A model generated the notes under the pieces. It saw only the letters and a program-made list of their open reading frames with translations. It did no database searches and was not told the DNA's origin. From the human T2T-CHM13v2.0 reference genome, Homo sapiens: a DNA stretch of 64,000 bases. Below, piece by piece: positions 1 through 16,063 of the stretch. The position numbers and the translations under genes are program-made. The DNA lies in NCBI RefSeq assembly GCF_009914755.1, contig NC_060927.1. The stretch is one strand, 5' to 3'. Positions within the stretch are counted from its first letter, which is position 1, and each line of letters opens with the position of its first letter.

Positions 1-929
1 CAATTTCTTATTTATGTGGGTTTAGATTGAAGTTATAGCACAAGATACATCATTGCTAGCTTTAAAAACAAAAGATCGATAACAGCTCAGCTGTCCGCAC
101 CATTGTTAAATCTGCCCCTTATCTATCAGACTGTGGTACCTAGCAGTAGACTATGTAATTACAATTCTTCATAGCTCTACAAACTTCCTCTGACATCAAC
201 ATGATTATTTCCTAGGAAGCTATAACTTTAAGCAATTCCCTGAACTTCAAACTGCATGAATCAGCACCTTGGATTCAAGATCTGAAGTGTCAGCAAATCA
301 TCTTTTAAAAATGGATCTTTCTTGGAACACTTGATTTGAAAAAAGAAAGTCATGTGGTTCTCCAATATTTTCACAGGCTTGAGTGGGTTTTGTTGCTTTA
401 AATCAGGTTCTCCTCTTAAACTCAAAAAGATTTTTAAATCTCTAATGGTACCAAGAAGAGGTAGAGAAATAACAAGTGTGTCTCACTTAAGAAAATCTAA
501 AGTCTCAAGATTTATTAAAATAAGAGGATGCTGAATCACACACAAAAAATTCACCTTATGAAGGGTTTAGAATCCTTGTTTTAATGAAAAACACTGCTAA
601 TGAATTAAAATGCAATGTGACTATCTGTGAATGCTTCTAGCTGATTTGGGTCTCACCTTATACCACAAATTTAGCCAGCCTTATCTTTTCCAAAAGGATA
701 ATCTGATAGTGTCACATAAACAAGTGATATACAGCTCTGCTTCCAGCTTTATCAAACTAAATCAATTCTCCCAACTGACAGAAACAAAATTCAATCTTAT
801 CTCAAAGAAGATAACCTTATCAGACCATTAAATTATCTCTACAATTCTTCATACAAAAAATCTGAAATTAAATAAAAAGTTTTAAAAATGTATATTATTT
901 AACTTACTAGTAATCAAGACTAAATGTTG

Positions 930-1625
930 AATAGTCAATAGGATAATAAAGTAAATAGCTATATATAAAAAAAGACTCACAGGAGACTCAGATATTGGAG
1001 CTATCAGGTATCTGAAAATAACTGATGCCTGATAGTTAGAAGATATGAGGAGGAATTTCAGGAAAAACTGTAATCTATTTAAAAGGTTCAAATGGAAATC
1101 ATGGAATTAAAAATACAATAACTGAAATTAGATTTGATAAAGCTGAAGAGAGAATATGTAAATTAGAAGATCGATGAATAGAAAATAAAGACTAAAGCAA
1201 AAAGCTTTTTAACAAATAAAAATATAAAATACATAAGGGATTTAGCAAAAAAAAATTATATGCTATTAGGGTTTACAGAAAGTGTAAAAAAAGAATGAAG
1301 AATGATTGTAGCAATCACTACAACCATTAAGCTGATAAAGATATAGAAAACTATACTTTGGGACCTCATAGTAAAGATTCTGGAAATAAACAAACAAACA
1401 AACAAAAAAAAAACCAAAGAAAAATCTTAAAATACTAGTGCCAATATATCACCTTCAATAGAGAAACAATATAAAAAAATACATGAAAAAAGATAAATGA
1501 ATTCTGAACAGGGATTCCAGAAATCAAAAAGCAAAGATCTTCAAAGATTATGTTAAAAGAGGTGAAAGTAAATAACTGCCAAACTAGAACTGTGTACCTC
1601 ACAAAAGCATCCTTCAAAAATACAG
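930..1625 (+). mobile_element. Ancient L1 (L1ME/L1M4-like) ORF1-region fragment
   Basis: A-rich, degenerate L1 ORF1-like sequence (aaaaatacaataactgaaatt, gctgaagagagaat, ccaaactagaactgtgtacctcacaaaagcatccttcaaaaat). Confidence 0.6.
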
Positions 1626-4600
1626 AATATAGGACATCAGAAATATGAGTGACTAGAGATCCTCGGCTCTCATTTTCCTCACACAAGAAAGGACCAAGAC
1701 GATGAATAAACAGTTAAGATTTGACTGGAGTGCTGAAGGGAGGGTGCTGGAGTACAGTGGGAAAGTGGAAATTCACCTGTGGTGATCAGAAGCCAGGAAG
1801 ACAATGTGGAGGCACCCAGATCCTACAATCCTGCCTCTCCCATCCAGATCAAATCTACCCAGAGTCAAGAGAGACTTCCTGTTGCAGAGAATAGTTAATC
1901 AGAAGACCCTCACCAGCCCCCATTGTCACTGTAAACACTTACGGTTCCTATAGTGCACAAGAATCACACAGTCCTCATGCGCTCTGGACCCAGTTTAGGG
2001 GAGTTGCTAGGAATTCACAAAGCTGTATTGCTCTGGGTTAGTAGCACAAGGTGTGCACTCCCACTCCCTACCCATCCCCTGTGAGCCAAGCTGCTACAAT
2101 ATGGTGTGACCTTGAGATGAGATCCACTTCTAGAACGCACTCTCCTCTGCGGGGCAAGTAGCCACTGCACCTCTCCAACACTGTGCGTAAGGCGGCCTCC
2201 ATCTTCATTCTACCAATCCTACACAGGTGGATGAAAGCCACAACCCCAGCTGTGTGAAACCTGGACCCACGACCAGCTGTGACTCTGATTTTGCACAGCA
2301 GGGAAGCTAATCTATGTCACCCACACTTCCAGCCAGGGAAACAGTTTGGCAGGTGAACCTGCCTTGAGCCAGCTGAACCACTGTGTGCTCTCCCCAAAGC
2401 AGGAATGTTTCTTGAGTCACTAAGCAGCTGATATGCCCCAGACTGGCACAGCCTCTGTGCCCCCCAGCCCCTGAGAAACAGCTCTGTGTCACCCAGCTGT
2501 CCCACCAGGGGCATACCCCTGGCCTGCCCAAAGGCCCTGTGCCTGCAATTAGGGCTTGAGAAACAGCTTTGTGGGCTGTCCCCATCAGACATGCCCCCAG
2601 CCAACCAAACAGAAATGCACCTTCATCTCAGTCCTGAGAAACAACCCCATGGGCTGACTCCAATAGACATGATCCCAGGCCAGCCAAATAGCTGTACACC
2701 CATGTCCTCGTCCTGAAAATCATCCCTGTGAATCACCCCTGGCAAGTGGACCCCTAGGCCTGCTGAACAACCACATACCCATGCCCCTCGTCAGAGAACA
2801 GTCCTATGATCCTAACCCCAGCAAGCCAGACCCCAAGTTGGCCGACCCACACTGTGCACACATGTGCCCCTGACCTGAAAAACACAGAAAATAATTCTTC
2901 CAGGAAAGCTACACCATCACCACCACAAAATCTCTCAGCCTAGGCCACTGAGACACTCACAAATGTCACTAGCACAAATTACAGCTGAAGATACTACATG
3001 AAGATATACTATTACATCCACTTAGAACCAAAGCAAACACACTCCACCAAATCAACACCCCAAGATCCATCTATATGAAGTCTTTCCCTACAAAATCTAT
3101 TTCATAAAACTGGAAGAGGCAGATGTCCTATCCAATGTGTAGAAGTCAATGTAGGAACAAATTAAACATGAAAAACTAAAGAACCAGGACACCTCCAAAG
3201 GAATACAATTCTCCAGTAATAGATTTCAGTGAAAAGGAGATATACTAAATGCCAGAAAAATAATTAAAAATAATCCTAAGAAAACACTGGGATAGCAGAG
3301 AATAGAGATAGAAAATTCAACGAAATCAGGAAAATAGTTTATGATTTGAATGAGAAATTCAATAAAAGAAAGAGATATAATAAGAACCAAGCAGAAATCC
3401 TAGAGTTGAAGAATTCAGTGAAGGAAATAAAAAATACAAGTGAGACCTTCCACAACAGAATAGATCGAGTTGAAGACATAATTTCTAAACTTGAAGACAA
3501 GTCTTTGAAAAAAACACAAGCAAACAAGAAAAGAGGAAAAATAATACGGAATGCATACAGGATATAGGAAATACAATAAAGCGTACAGAAATTCACACTG
3601 TGGGTTATCCAGAAGAAGAGGGAAAAGGTATAGAAATCATATTTAATAAAATAACTGAAAACTTTAAGTTGTAGGACAGATATGAACATCCAGATCTAGG
3701 AAGCTCAAAGACTCCCCAAATAAATTTGACCCAAAGAGGTCCTCTCCAAATGACATTATAGTCAGATTGTCGAAAAACAAGGAAAGAATTCTGAAAACAG
3801 CCATAGAAAAGTGTCATATCAAATATCAAGAAATCCCAATTAGACTAACAGCAGATTTCTCAGCAGAAAGCTTACAGGCCCAGAGAGAATGGGATGATAT
3901 ATTTAAAGTACTGAAAGATAAATAAAAACAAAAGTGGCAAGACAAGAATATTATACCAAGCAAAGTTATCCTTCAGAAATGAAGGGAAAATAAATTTTTT
4001 CACAGATGAGCAAAAACAAAAGAAATTAATCATGACTAAATCAGCCTTATAAGAAATGCTCAAAAGATTCTTTCATCTGGAAGTGATAAGATGGTAACCA
4101 CCATCATAAAAACATGTAAAACTATAAAACTCACTGGTAGAACTGATACACAAAAAGAAGAAAGAGAAAGAATCCTTATCACTACAGAAAACCACCCAAC
4201 TGCAAAAATAAACAAGAAGATAGGACTTAAGGAAAAAATGATATACCTAAACAACCAGAAAACAGTCAATAAAACACCAGGAGTAAGTCCTCACCTATCA
4301 ATAATAACCTTGAATGTAAGCGGATTACACTCTTCATTTAAAAGATATAAATTGGCTGAATAGATAAAAAAACATAACTATATGTTACCTATAAAAAACT
4401 AACCTTACCTGTAAAGACACACAGATTGAAAGTGAAGGGATGGACAATACATTCTATGCAAATAGAAACCAAAAGCCACCAGGAGTAGCTATGTTTGTAT
4501 CAGACAATACAGACTTAAAGTCAAGAACTGTTAAAAAGAGCCAGAGAAGGACATTATATAATGATATAATAGTAAATGGATCAACTCACAAGAGAATATA

Positions 4601-4720
4601 ACAAGTATAAATATATGTTTATTCAACATTGGAGCACCCAGGTATATAAAGCAAATATTATAAGACCTAAAGGGAGAAATATAAATATACCTCAATATAA
4701 TAATATTTGGGTACTTCAAC

Positions 4721-5051
4721 GTTTTTGTTTGTTTGTTTTGTTTTGTTTTGTTTTGTTTTTTTGAGACAGAGTCTCACTCTGTCACCCAAGCTGTAGTGCA
4801 GTGGTATAATTTTGGATTTTGGCTAACTGTAGCCTCAACCTCCCAGGCTCAGGCAATCCTCCCACCTCAGCCTCCCAAGTAGCTGGGACTGCAGGCACGT
4901 ACCACCATGTCTGGCTAATTTTTATATTTTTTATAGAGATAGGGTTTCATCATGTTTTACAGGCTGGTCTCGAACTCCTGAGCTCGAGTAATCCTCCCAC
5001 CTCACCCTTCCAACATGCTGGGATTACAGTCATTTGCCACCATGTCTGGCC
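4721..5051 (-). mobile_element. AluJ with (GTTTT)n tail
   Basis: Two-arm reverse Alu with J-type diagnostics; tail 4721-4762. Confidence 0.92.
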
Positions 5052-5070
5052 TTTTAAATTAATTAATTAA

Positions 5071-5370
<300 letters not shown>

Positions 5371-8300
5371 ATTATTTATTTTTTGAGCTCACACTTTCAG
5401 CATTGGACAAATCATCTAGACAGTAAATCAACAACAACAACAACAAAAATCAGCCTTAAACTGCACCAGAGAACAGAACTAACAGACATTTACAGAGCAT
5501 TTTCCCCACCAGCTGCAGAATACACATTTGTTTTTCATCAGCACATGAAACATTCTCCAGCATTGATCATATGCTCAGATATAAAACAAGCCTCAAAAAT
5601 TTTTAAAAAATCAAGTATTTTATCTGACCACAATGGAATAAAACTAAAAATACCAAGAGAAACATTCAAAACTATACAAATACTATTCATGGAAGTTAAA
5701 CAACATGCTCCTAAGTGACCAATGGTTGAAAGTAAAACCTAAGAATGGAACTTAATAATTCCTTGAAATAAATGTAATACAACATGCCAAAAACTATGGG
5801 TCAGAGCAAAAGCAGTATTGAAGAGCCAATTTTATAGCAATAGATGCCTACCTCAAAAAACTAGAAAGACTTCATATAAAAAAGTCAATGCTGCATCTCA
5901 AGGAACTAGGAAAACAAAAACAAACCAAACTCAAGATTAGTAAAATGAAATAAATAATAAAGATCAGGGCAGAAACAAAACTGAGAACAAAAAAGTACAA
6001 AAATCAAGGAAAAAAGATTTTTTTGGAAAGATAAACCAAACCAATAAACTACTACCTAGACTAATAAGAATAAAAGTGAGAAAATGTAAATAGAAACACA
6101 ACAGGAAATGCCACAATAAATATGAAAGAAATACAAAGAATCATTAGAAACCACAATGAACAACTATATGCCAATAAGTTGGAAAACCTAGAGAAAATGG
6201 ATGAATTCTTGGATATATATAATTTACCAAGATTGAACCAATAAAAAACAAGAAAACACAGACAGACCTATAACAAGACTGAGTCGGTAATAAAAACTCT
6301 CCGAAAAAATAAGTGTCCAGGACTGGAAAATGTCACCAATGAATTCTACTATACCTTTAAAAAAGAATACATACCAGTTCATCTCAGGCTATTCCCAAAA
6401 AACAAAGTAGAAGGAACTCTTTCTAACTCATTCTGTGAGGCCAGTAAAACCACAGAATTATATAAATGAATGCAAAAAAGTAACAAAATTCACCATCATT
6501 TTATAATACAACTCTCAATAAATTAGGTATAGAAGGAAAGTACCTCAACACAATAAAGGCCATATATGACAAACCCACAGCTAACATCATACTTACTGAG
6601 GAAAAACTGAAAGCTTTTCTCCTAAGAACTGGAACAAGAAAAGGATGCTCACTGTCACCACTTTTATTAAACATATTTCCGGAAGTACTGGCCCAGAGTA
6701 AACAGTCAAGGGAAAGAAATAAACAGCCTTACATCAGAAGGGAGGAAGTCAAATTATCCCTGTGTGGAGGGAAAATGGTATTATATATAGAAAAACATAA
6801 AAACCTTTCAAAAATCCCTCTTAGACCTGATAAATATTCAGTAAAGTTGCAGGATGCAAAAATCTACATACAACAATCAGTTGTGATTCTATACATGAAA
6901 AACAAACTATATTTAAAAAATCAAGAAGGTAATTCCATTTACCCTAACTATGAAAGAAAATACATAGAAAGAAATTTAACCAGGAAGGTGAAAGACTTCT
7001 GAAAAAAACAAAAAACAAAAAACAAAATCAAAAAAGAACAAACAAGCAAACAAAAAAAAATCCTGATGAAGGAACTGAAGATAATACAAACAATGGAAAG
7101 ACATCCCGTGTTTGTGGACTGAAATAGTTAATATTATTAAAATTACTATATTGCTCAGAGCAATCCACAGATTCAAGGTAGTCCCTATCAAAATACCAGC
7201 ATCATTTTTACAGAAATAGAAGAAATAATTACAAAATGTGTTTGTAACCAAAAAAGAGCAAGAATAGCTAAAGCAACTCTGAGCGAAAAAACAAAGCGGG
7301 GGACATCATACTACCTGACTTCAAAGCTTACTACAAATCTATAGTAACCAAAACAGCCTGGTATTGGTATAAAAATAACACAGACTTATGGAATAGAATA
7401 TATAACTGAAAGATAAACCCCTATGTTCACAGCCAACTGATTTTCATCAAAGCTGCCGAGTGTATATGTTGGAGAAAGGACACCTGTTTCCATAAATGGT
7501 ACCGGGAAAACCGAATAACCAATGTAGAAGAATAAAACCAGACTCTATCTCTATATGTCACCATATACAAAAATCAACTCAACATAGATTAATGACATAA
7601 ATGATAAAACTACTGGAAGAAAACAGGGAAAATTCTTCAGGACACTAGTCTAGACAAAAATGTTATGGCTAAGAATTAAAAGCATAGGCAACAAAAGCAA
7701 AAACAGACAAATGAAACTATATTAAACTGAAATACTTCTTTACAGCAAAAGAAATAATCAGAATAACGAGAACACCTCTGGAATGAGAGAAAATATTTGC
7801 AAACTATTCATCTGCGAAAGGACTAATATAAATATACAAAGAACTCAACAATAAAAAAGTAAATAATCCCATTAAAAATGGGCAAAGAACATGAATAGAC
7901 ATTTCTCAGAAGATGATACACAAATGGCCAACCAGATATGTGAAAAAAGATCAACATTACTAATCACCAGGGAAATGCAAATTAAAACCGCAATGAGATA
8001 ATGTACTCCAGTTAGAATGGCTATTAAAAAGACAAAAAGTAACAGATGCTCATAAGGATGCAGAGAAAAGGGAACCCATATACTGTAAGTAGAAATGTAA
8101 ATTAGTATAACCACTATGGAATATAGCATGGTGGTTTCTCAAAAAATTAAAAATATAACTACCATGTGATCCTGCATTCCCACTACTGGGTATTTATCCA
8201 ATGAAAAAGCAATCAGTGTATCAAAAAGGGATATCTACACACACAAGTTTATCATAACACTATTCATAATAGCAAATATATGAAATCAACATAAGTGTCT

Positions 8301-8809
8301 ATTAACAGATAGAAAATGTGAAATACACAACAAAATACTATTCGCCCCTATAAAAGAATGAAATCACATTATTTGCAGCAACATCGATAGAACTGGAGCT
8401 CATTAAGTGAAATAAGTGAGGCACAGAAATAGATACTGCATGTTCTTATCCATATGTGTTAGCTAAAAACCTTGATCAGATGGACATAAAGAATTGAATG
8501 ATATATACCAGAAACTGGGAAGGATGGGTGGGTAGGGGCATAAAGAGAGGTAGATTAATGTGGACAAACATGCAATGAAACAGAATAAATAGTTTCACGA
8601 GTTTAAAATAAATATACTTAGCAAAAATATTTTGTACATTTCAAAGTAACTAGAAGAGAGAACTTGATATCAAAACATAGGAATAAATACTCAGTGTCGT
8701 ACATCTGAAATACTCTGACTTGACCATTACGTATTCTATGCATGTGACACTTACATGTGTCCCATAACTATTATGTATCAATAGAAGAAAAAAGGAAGAA
8801 TTATTAACT

Positions 8810-9450
8810 ACAGACATTAGAAGGGATATACCACTATGGATCCTAATGATATTACAAAGATAATCAGAAATGACTGAAAAAAACTTTTTTTATTAAAAGA
8901 CAAAATCTTAGAAAAAAATAGTTTGCTAAAATTGACACATGAAACAGACTATCTGAATAGACCTATGTATAGAAAAGAGATTACATCAGAAAATTAAAAA
9001 CAAATATACAACAAAAACCCCTATCAAAATTAAACTCCAGTGTTCAAATAACTGCTTCATTGGATAGTATATCTCCTTGATCTAATTATGATTATATAGC
9101 AAAAGCCTACAAGATACTTTATAATTAATGAAGAAATATTTACATCTTTCTTATCCATTTTTTTTCTTTAAGAGATAGAGTCTTGTTCTGTCACCCAGGC
9201 TGGAGTGTGGTGGCATGTTCTTGGCACACAGCAACCTCAAACTCCTGGTCTCAAGCAATCTTCCCACCTCATCCTTCCAAAGTGCTGGGAATACAGGTGT
9301 GGGCCACCATGTCTGGCGCACATCTTCTTTATCGAGGTTGTGAAAGAAATGAGATGAAGGCATCTAATATCATTTTTAGTTAACAATGTTATTTGAAATA
9401 TAGTATAGTAAGAAAATAAATAGATTAAACTTGAAAAATAAAACTACTGG
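8810..9450 (+). mobile_element. Ancient L1ME ORF2 fragments (continuation of the host element)
   Basis: Degenerate ORF2-like sequence (ctatctgaatagacctatg, ttaacaatgttatttgaaat). Confidence 0.55.
9158..9317 (-). mobile_element. Alu monomer (FRAM-like or left/right-arm recombinant)
   Basis: About 160-bp single monomer with T tail; TSD acatctttcttatc (9142-9155) / acatcttctttatc (9320-9333). Confidence 0.85.
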
Positions 9451-9469
9451 AAATATTTCAAATGTTGGA

Positions 9470-10780
9470 CACACAAATTTGTAGAAAATGGCAGCAACTT
9501 GATTTGGAAACAGCCTTACACCCTTCCATAATGAATCTTAAAGTCAAGGAGAACACAAACCACACATGGGCTTTGCCTTCAATTTTACTAAAAAGATGTC
9601 TTGATAATAACTACCTATAAGTAGAGAAGAAATCCAACAGAGTTCCCCTTCTTGTTTGCCACATAGCAAGCTTGTGGATGTACAGAGAAAACATTACAGG
9701 ATAGGAGGAACTTAAAATACAGCTTTCAGATATCCCCTGACCAAATTTGGGATAATTTGAGCATCAAAATAATGAAATACTCTAATATATTTTAAGCCAA
9801 TGAGAGAATGGGAATCTTCAAGTCCATAATGATAACGCCTAAATACATAAATTAAAAAGGAGGAAGAAGGGATCTTTCATACACTAGAATGTTCAGTACC
9901 AACTGGCAAATACAGAGACAATGCTAAGTTAAAGTTATCATTTTGCAGTTTTCATAGGAAAGCCTGGTTTAGGCAAAAATCAATGGATAGACCCCAGGGA
10001 AAATTTGTGACAAGAAACAGATACTTTGAATGGCCTTAATGTGTCTCCCTAAAGTATGCTTATTAGTTAAAAGGGAAGAAATAACCATTATAGAGTAGAG
10101 ACATTGGATTCCTTGGCAAAGTGATAAAGTTAACATCACCAGCAAGAGGCAGATGAACACCGTGTGCCCCCTGATATGATGCTCTGAGGATACAACTTCC
10201 CTCATGTAACATGAATCTCATCATGAGAAAACGTAAGCAAGCCAAAAATCCTATTACCAAAAAACAGGAACTATACAGTCTTCAAAAATGTCAGTGTTCT
10301 AAAAGACAAAGAAATTCTATGGAAATATTCCACATAAAAGACTAATGAGACAGGGAAATCAAAAATATTTCTCATTTTATGTAGCATCTTATACTAGAAG
10401 GGAAAATCAACTGTTACAAATAACATAGTTGGTTCAATCAACAAAACTGAAATCATTTGGTAAATTAAAATATTCTGTCAATGTTAAGTTAACTAAAGAT
10501 GATAATTACACTGTGGTTATATAAGACAATAATGCCTACTCTTGGGAAATATGCACTGAACCTGGGGGTAAAAACCCATTATGTGTGCAACTTACTCTCA
10601 GTTTGATTAGAAAGAAACATGCCCATATTGGAGAAAGGGAGAGAGAGAACAACTGAGCAAATAAAATAGGATAAAGTATTAACAAGAAATGAATTTATAC
10701 AAAAAGAATTATTGTTTGCACTCATTATTCCAATTTCTCTGTAAGTTTAAAATTATTTCCAATTAAAAAGTTTAAAAATT
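9470..10780 (+). mobile_element. L1MC-type 3' end (L1MC4/5-like) nested in L1ME
   Basis: gaccaaatttgggataatttgagcatcaaaataa and gtgataaagttaacatcaccagc motifs, also seen in the L1MC at 53-55 kb; host ORF2 resumes at ~10782. Confidence 0.7.
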
Positions 10781-10781
10781 G

Positions 10782-12909
<2,128 letters not shown>

Positions 12910-12944
12910 CTAATACTCTAATATTACTATAATAATTTATAATA

Positions 12945-13200
12945 ATCAGCTTAGATCAACTTTTGCTATATTGACAAATGGCACCACAAATCTCAGTGGC
13001 TTACAACAGCAAACATTTCTTTCTTATTCACATGTATGTTAATCATGGGTTGCCTTCTGATTTGATGCATATAAAAAAGAGCAATGACAGGACTACACAA
13101 TGGCTCTTAATTTTCCACCCAGATTTGGCACACCTCACTTCTTGCTCACATTCTTACTGGTCAAAACAGTTCATATGGACTTGGCATCAATGAAATAGCA
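12945..13200 (-). mobile_element. MLT1 (J/K/L-like) MaLR LTR fragment
   Basis: caaatctcagtggcttacaacagcaaacatttctttct matches the reverse MLT1 3' end. Confidence 0.6.
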
Positions 13201-13249
13201 TAAACTCGGGAAACGACACCAGAGGCAATGGCTCGCAAGGACATCCATC

Positions 13250-13850
13250 GTCTTGCCCTGACTATGTTAGCAACCTTATCATCTGAATCTAATTCTTCAA
13301 TCTTCAGTAAGAATGATTTATAATTCTCTGTACTCACTCTTGCTGTCCCTGACTCTGAGCCTTTGCTCACTCCATTTCCTTGGCTTGAAATGCCTTTCTA
13401 CTCCACCACTTTTTTTTAACCTGACTAAATCTTACTCAAAGTTCTTTAAGATTTAGTCCATAAAATTTAGTCTGTGATATTCAAATTATTTCAAGTTTCA
13501 TGTGGCATAGGCAGATATGCACCATTATGTATATATCTGTAAACAACAGGTAACCCTAACAATGTGCACTGAATATCATTTCTGGGCTTCCTCTCCACTG
13601 TGCAACTACCTTTGACCACTTCAGGACAAATTAGATGTTCCTACTCCTGATATACTCTGTGCCCATCTCTGTCACTACACATTCCTTAGTGTTCCATAAT
13701 TTCTGCTTATAACGTTGTCACCACCACTACATTATGTGACACTTAAACACAAGGATAATGTTTCAATATACATGATTTATCCACATAATTCGTGTATATT
13801 GATTATACATATCATACTGGCTGCTCAATAAATATTGATTGAATTACTTC
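13250..13850 (+). mobile_element. L2 3' region
   Basis: gcctttgctcac..cttgaaatgcc; terminal gctcaataaatattgattgaat. Confidence 0.65.
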
Positions 13851-14829
13851 ATGTGTCAATTTATGATTGATTTTGGACAAAGTGTGTCCTGTATGGGAGG
13901 CAAAAGTGACTATTATTGCCCCAATGCTACCGTCTATGATTCCTATTTTATTATTTTCTCACTATCCTAAAGCACTATTCTTTTAAGGTCAAGCTATTTT
14001 CTACTAGGTTCTGGGTCTAGCAGGCATAGCAATCTGTGAACCAGTATAGAAGTTTACTATAATAACAGCATACACTTATATTTGTAAAATATAGGAGACA
14101 GTTGCTCCGCAAGTATGGTATCAAGGTGCAGAGATACCTCATATCAGCTGGTTCTTACCCTACCCCCACCCCCCCCCGCCCGGTATCACTGCTAGGAAAA
14201 ATCGCACACATAGGAATATTTTAAATGTTTAACATGGGAAGTGTGAGATAAATGTAACTTGCTTTAGTATTAAATGGATGGCAAATAACCAATATAAATA
14301 TTTTTTTCAACTCTCTTTTGAGAGTTAGTGAATCATTTATGTATTCCAATATATCTTCCTATGTTTACCTCTTAAGATAACAGAGAAATGACCTTTGGAA
14401 AATACCATTGCACACATCTCGAAGGCATTAAAATGTTTATTACAGCCACCATAATTATACAGTTATGACTTTTTCAAGTGGTTCTGATAAAAGCAAATGA
14501 ATGGTGAAATGTTGTGGGTTGTCCATGGTGATGCTACTCCTGGAAAGGCATCCAGTGCTACCTTCTGAGAAGTTGAAATGTTCCTCACTTTCTCCCACCT
14601 ACTTCAAGAAATGACTATGAATTTTCTCACCTCATTTATTTTTTCACTTGAGCACTTCACTTTCTGTATGTAGTAATTCATGTACGCAATGCTCCTGTTT
14701 GCTTGTTTAGATATCTCTGAATAAGTATATTTACTCCTTTACGACCTATCTTCCCTTCTACTTTTTTTCTCAACTACTTTCCTTGAGGTCTAAGGATTCA
14801 TTAAAGTCAAAATAATCAACAACAGTGTC

Positions 14830-15510
14830 AACAACCATAGCAACTAAGATATACTATGTGCTTTTTATGTACTACATACTGTGTGATATGGTTTGAATCT
14901 GTGTCCCTGCCCAAATCTCAAGTCAAAGTGTAGTCCCCAGTGTGAGAAGTCGGGCCTAGTGGGAGGTTATTGGATCCCCAGGACAGAGTTCTTATGAATG
15001 GGTTATCACCATCCTCTCTGTGCTGTTCTCCTAATAATGAGTAATCTTGAGATCTGGTTGTTTACAAGTGTGTAGCACTGCCCCTGCCTCCCTTTCCCCC
15101 CTTCCTCCTGGCTCCAGCCAAGTGAAGCTCCTTTCTCCTCCTTTTGCCTTCTGCCGTGATTGAAAGCTCCCTGAGGCATCCCCAGAAGCTGAGCAGAAGC
15201 TGCTAAGCTTCCTGTACAGCCTGCAGAACCATGAGCCAAATAAACCTCTTTTATTTATAAATTACCCAGTCTTAAGGTATCTCTTTATAGCAGTATGAAA
15301 ACAGATTAATACACTGTGCTATGTGCACTAAACATATAGAACCACATTTAATGCTTATAGAAACCTATAAAGTCAGGGATCTTATAATCCCCATTTTCAG
15401 ATGAGGAAACAGACTTGGAGAATGTTAAACTACTGACCTAAAGGCATCCAGCTACCAAATGAAAGTTCAAGATTAGATTTTGGTTCTGAAATCAGAGTTT
15501 GTCATCTTAT
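14830..15510 (-). mobile_element. MIR split by MSTB LTR
   Basis: MIR core ccccattttcagatgaggaaacaga at ~15390; remaining MIR sequence left of 14884. Confidence 0.75.
14884..15313 (+). mobile_element. MSTB-type solo LTR (ERVL-MaLR)
   Basis: TGATATGG...TAATACA termini, AATAAA, 5-bp TSD CTGTG (14879-14883 / 15314-15318). Confidence 0.92.
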
Positions 15511-16009
15511 CTACTACACAATAATAACCATTGATTCTTTTAAGGGAGTCCCTGAGTAAACATCTTTAGGGACTTGCCTTAATAAATTTAGAATACAAAT
15601 GCCTAACAGTGCTATAAGAATGTCAGCTTGCACACCAGATCAATCTAGTGACTAGGAATGGACTTTGTTCTTAATGCAGGACTTTCTGCCCACCATTTAT
15701 TTAAGTCCTTCATGAATGAGATTTTTTTAAATCTTGTAAGTTTCCTGGATTGCAAAAAGGATAGTTGTAAATCAGTGGTTGTTTTTGTTAAGTATGTCCT
15801 TTCCTATCCCCTCCACCTCCCCCAACAGCCAATCTTCCTGTGCCCACACTTAGGACTGCCACTACTAAGCCTAATTTTGCCTTTGAAGATTCTGAGATTT
15901 GATCCTATCTCCAGTCATCCTTAAAGATGAAACAAGCCTATAATTTGTGCTCATAACTACTTCATGTGAATTTTTTCTAGATAGCAAATAATTTTTCATA
16001 AGTAGATGG

Positions 16010-16063
16010 TTCTATCAAATTCTAGAAAACAAACAGAATTCTATCAAATTCTAGGAAACAAAC
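16010..16063 (+). repeat. 29-bp tandem duplication
   Basis: ttctatcaaattctag(a/g)aaacaaac at 16010 and 16039. Confidence 0.9.

Noticed and set aside
2440-2890. CRISPR-like repeat-spacer array (also 57200-57740)
   Set aside because: The whole units are diverged homologues rather than constant repeats with unique spacers. They lie in L1 5'UTRs in primate DNA with no cas genes.
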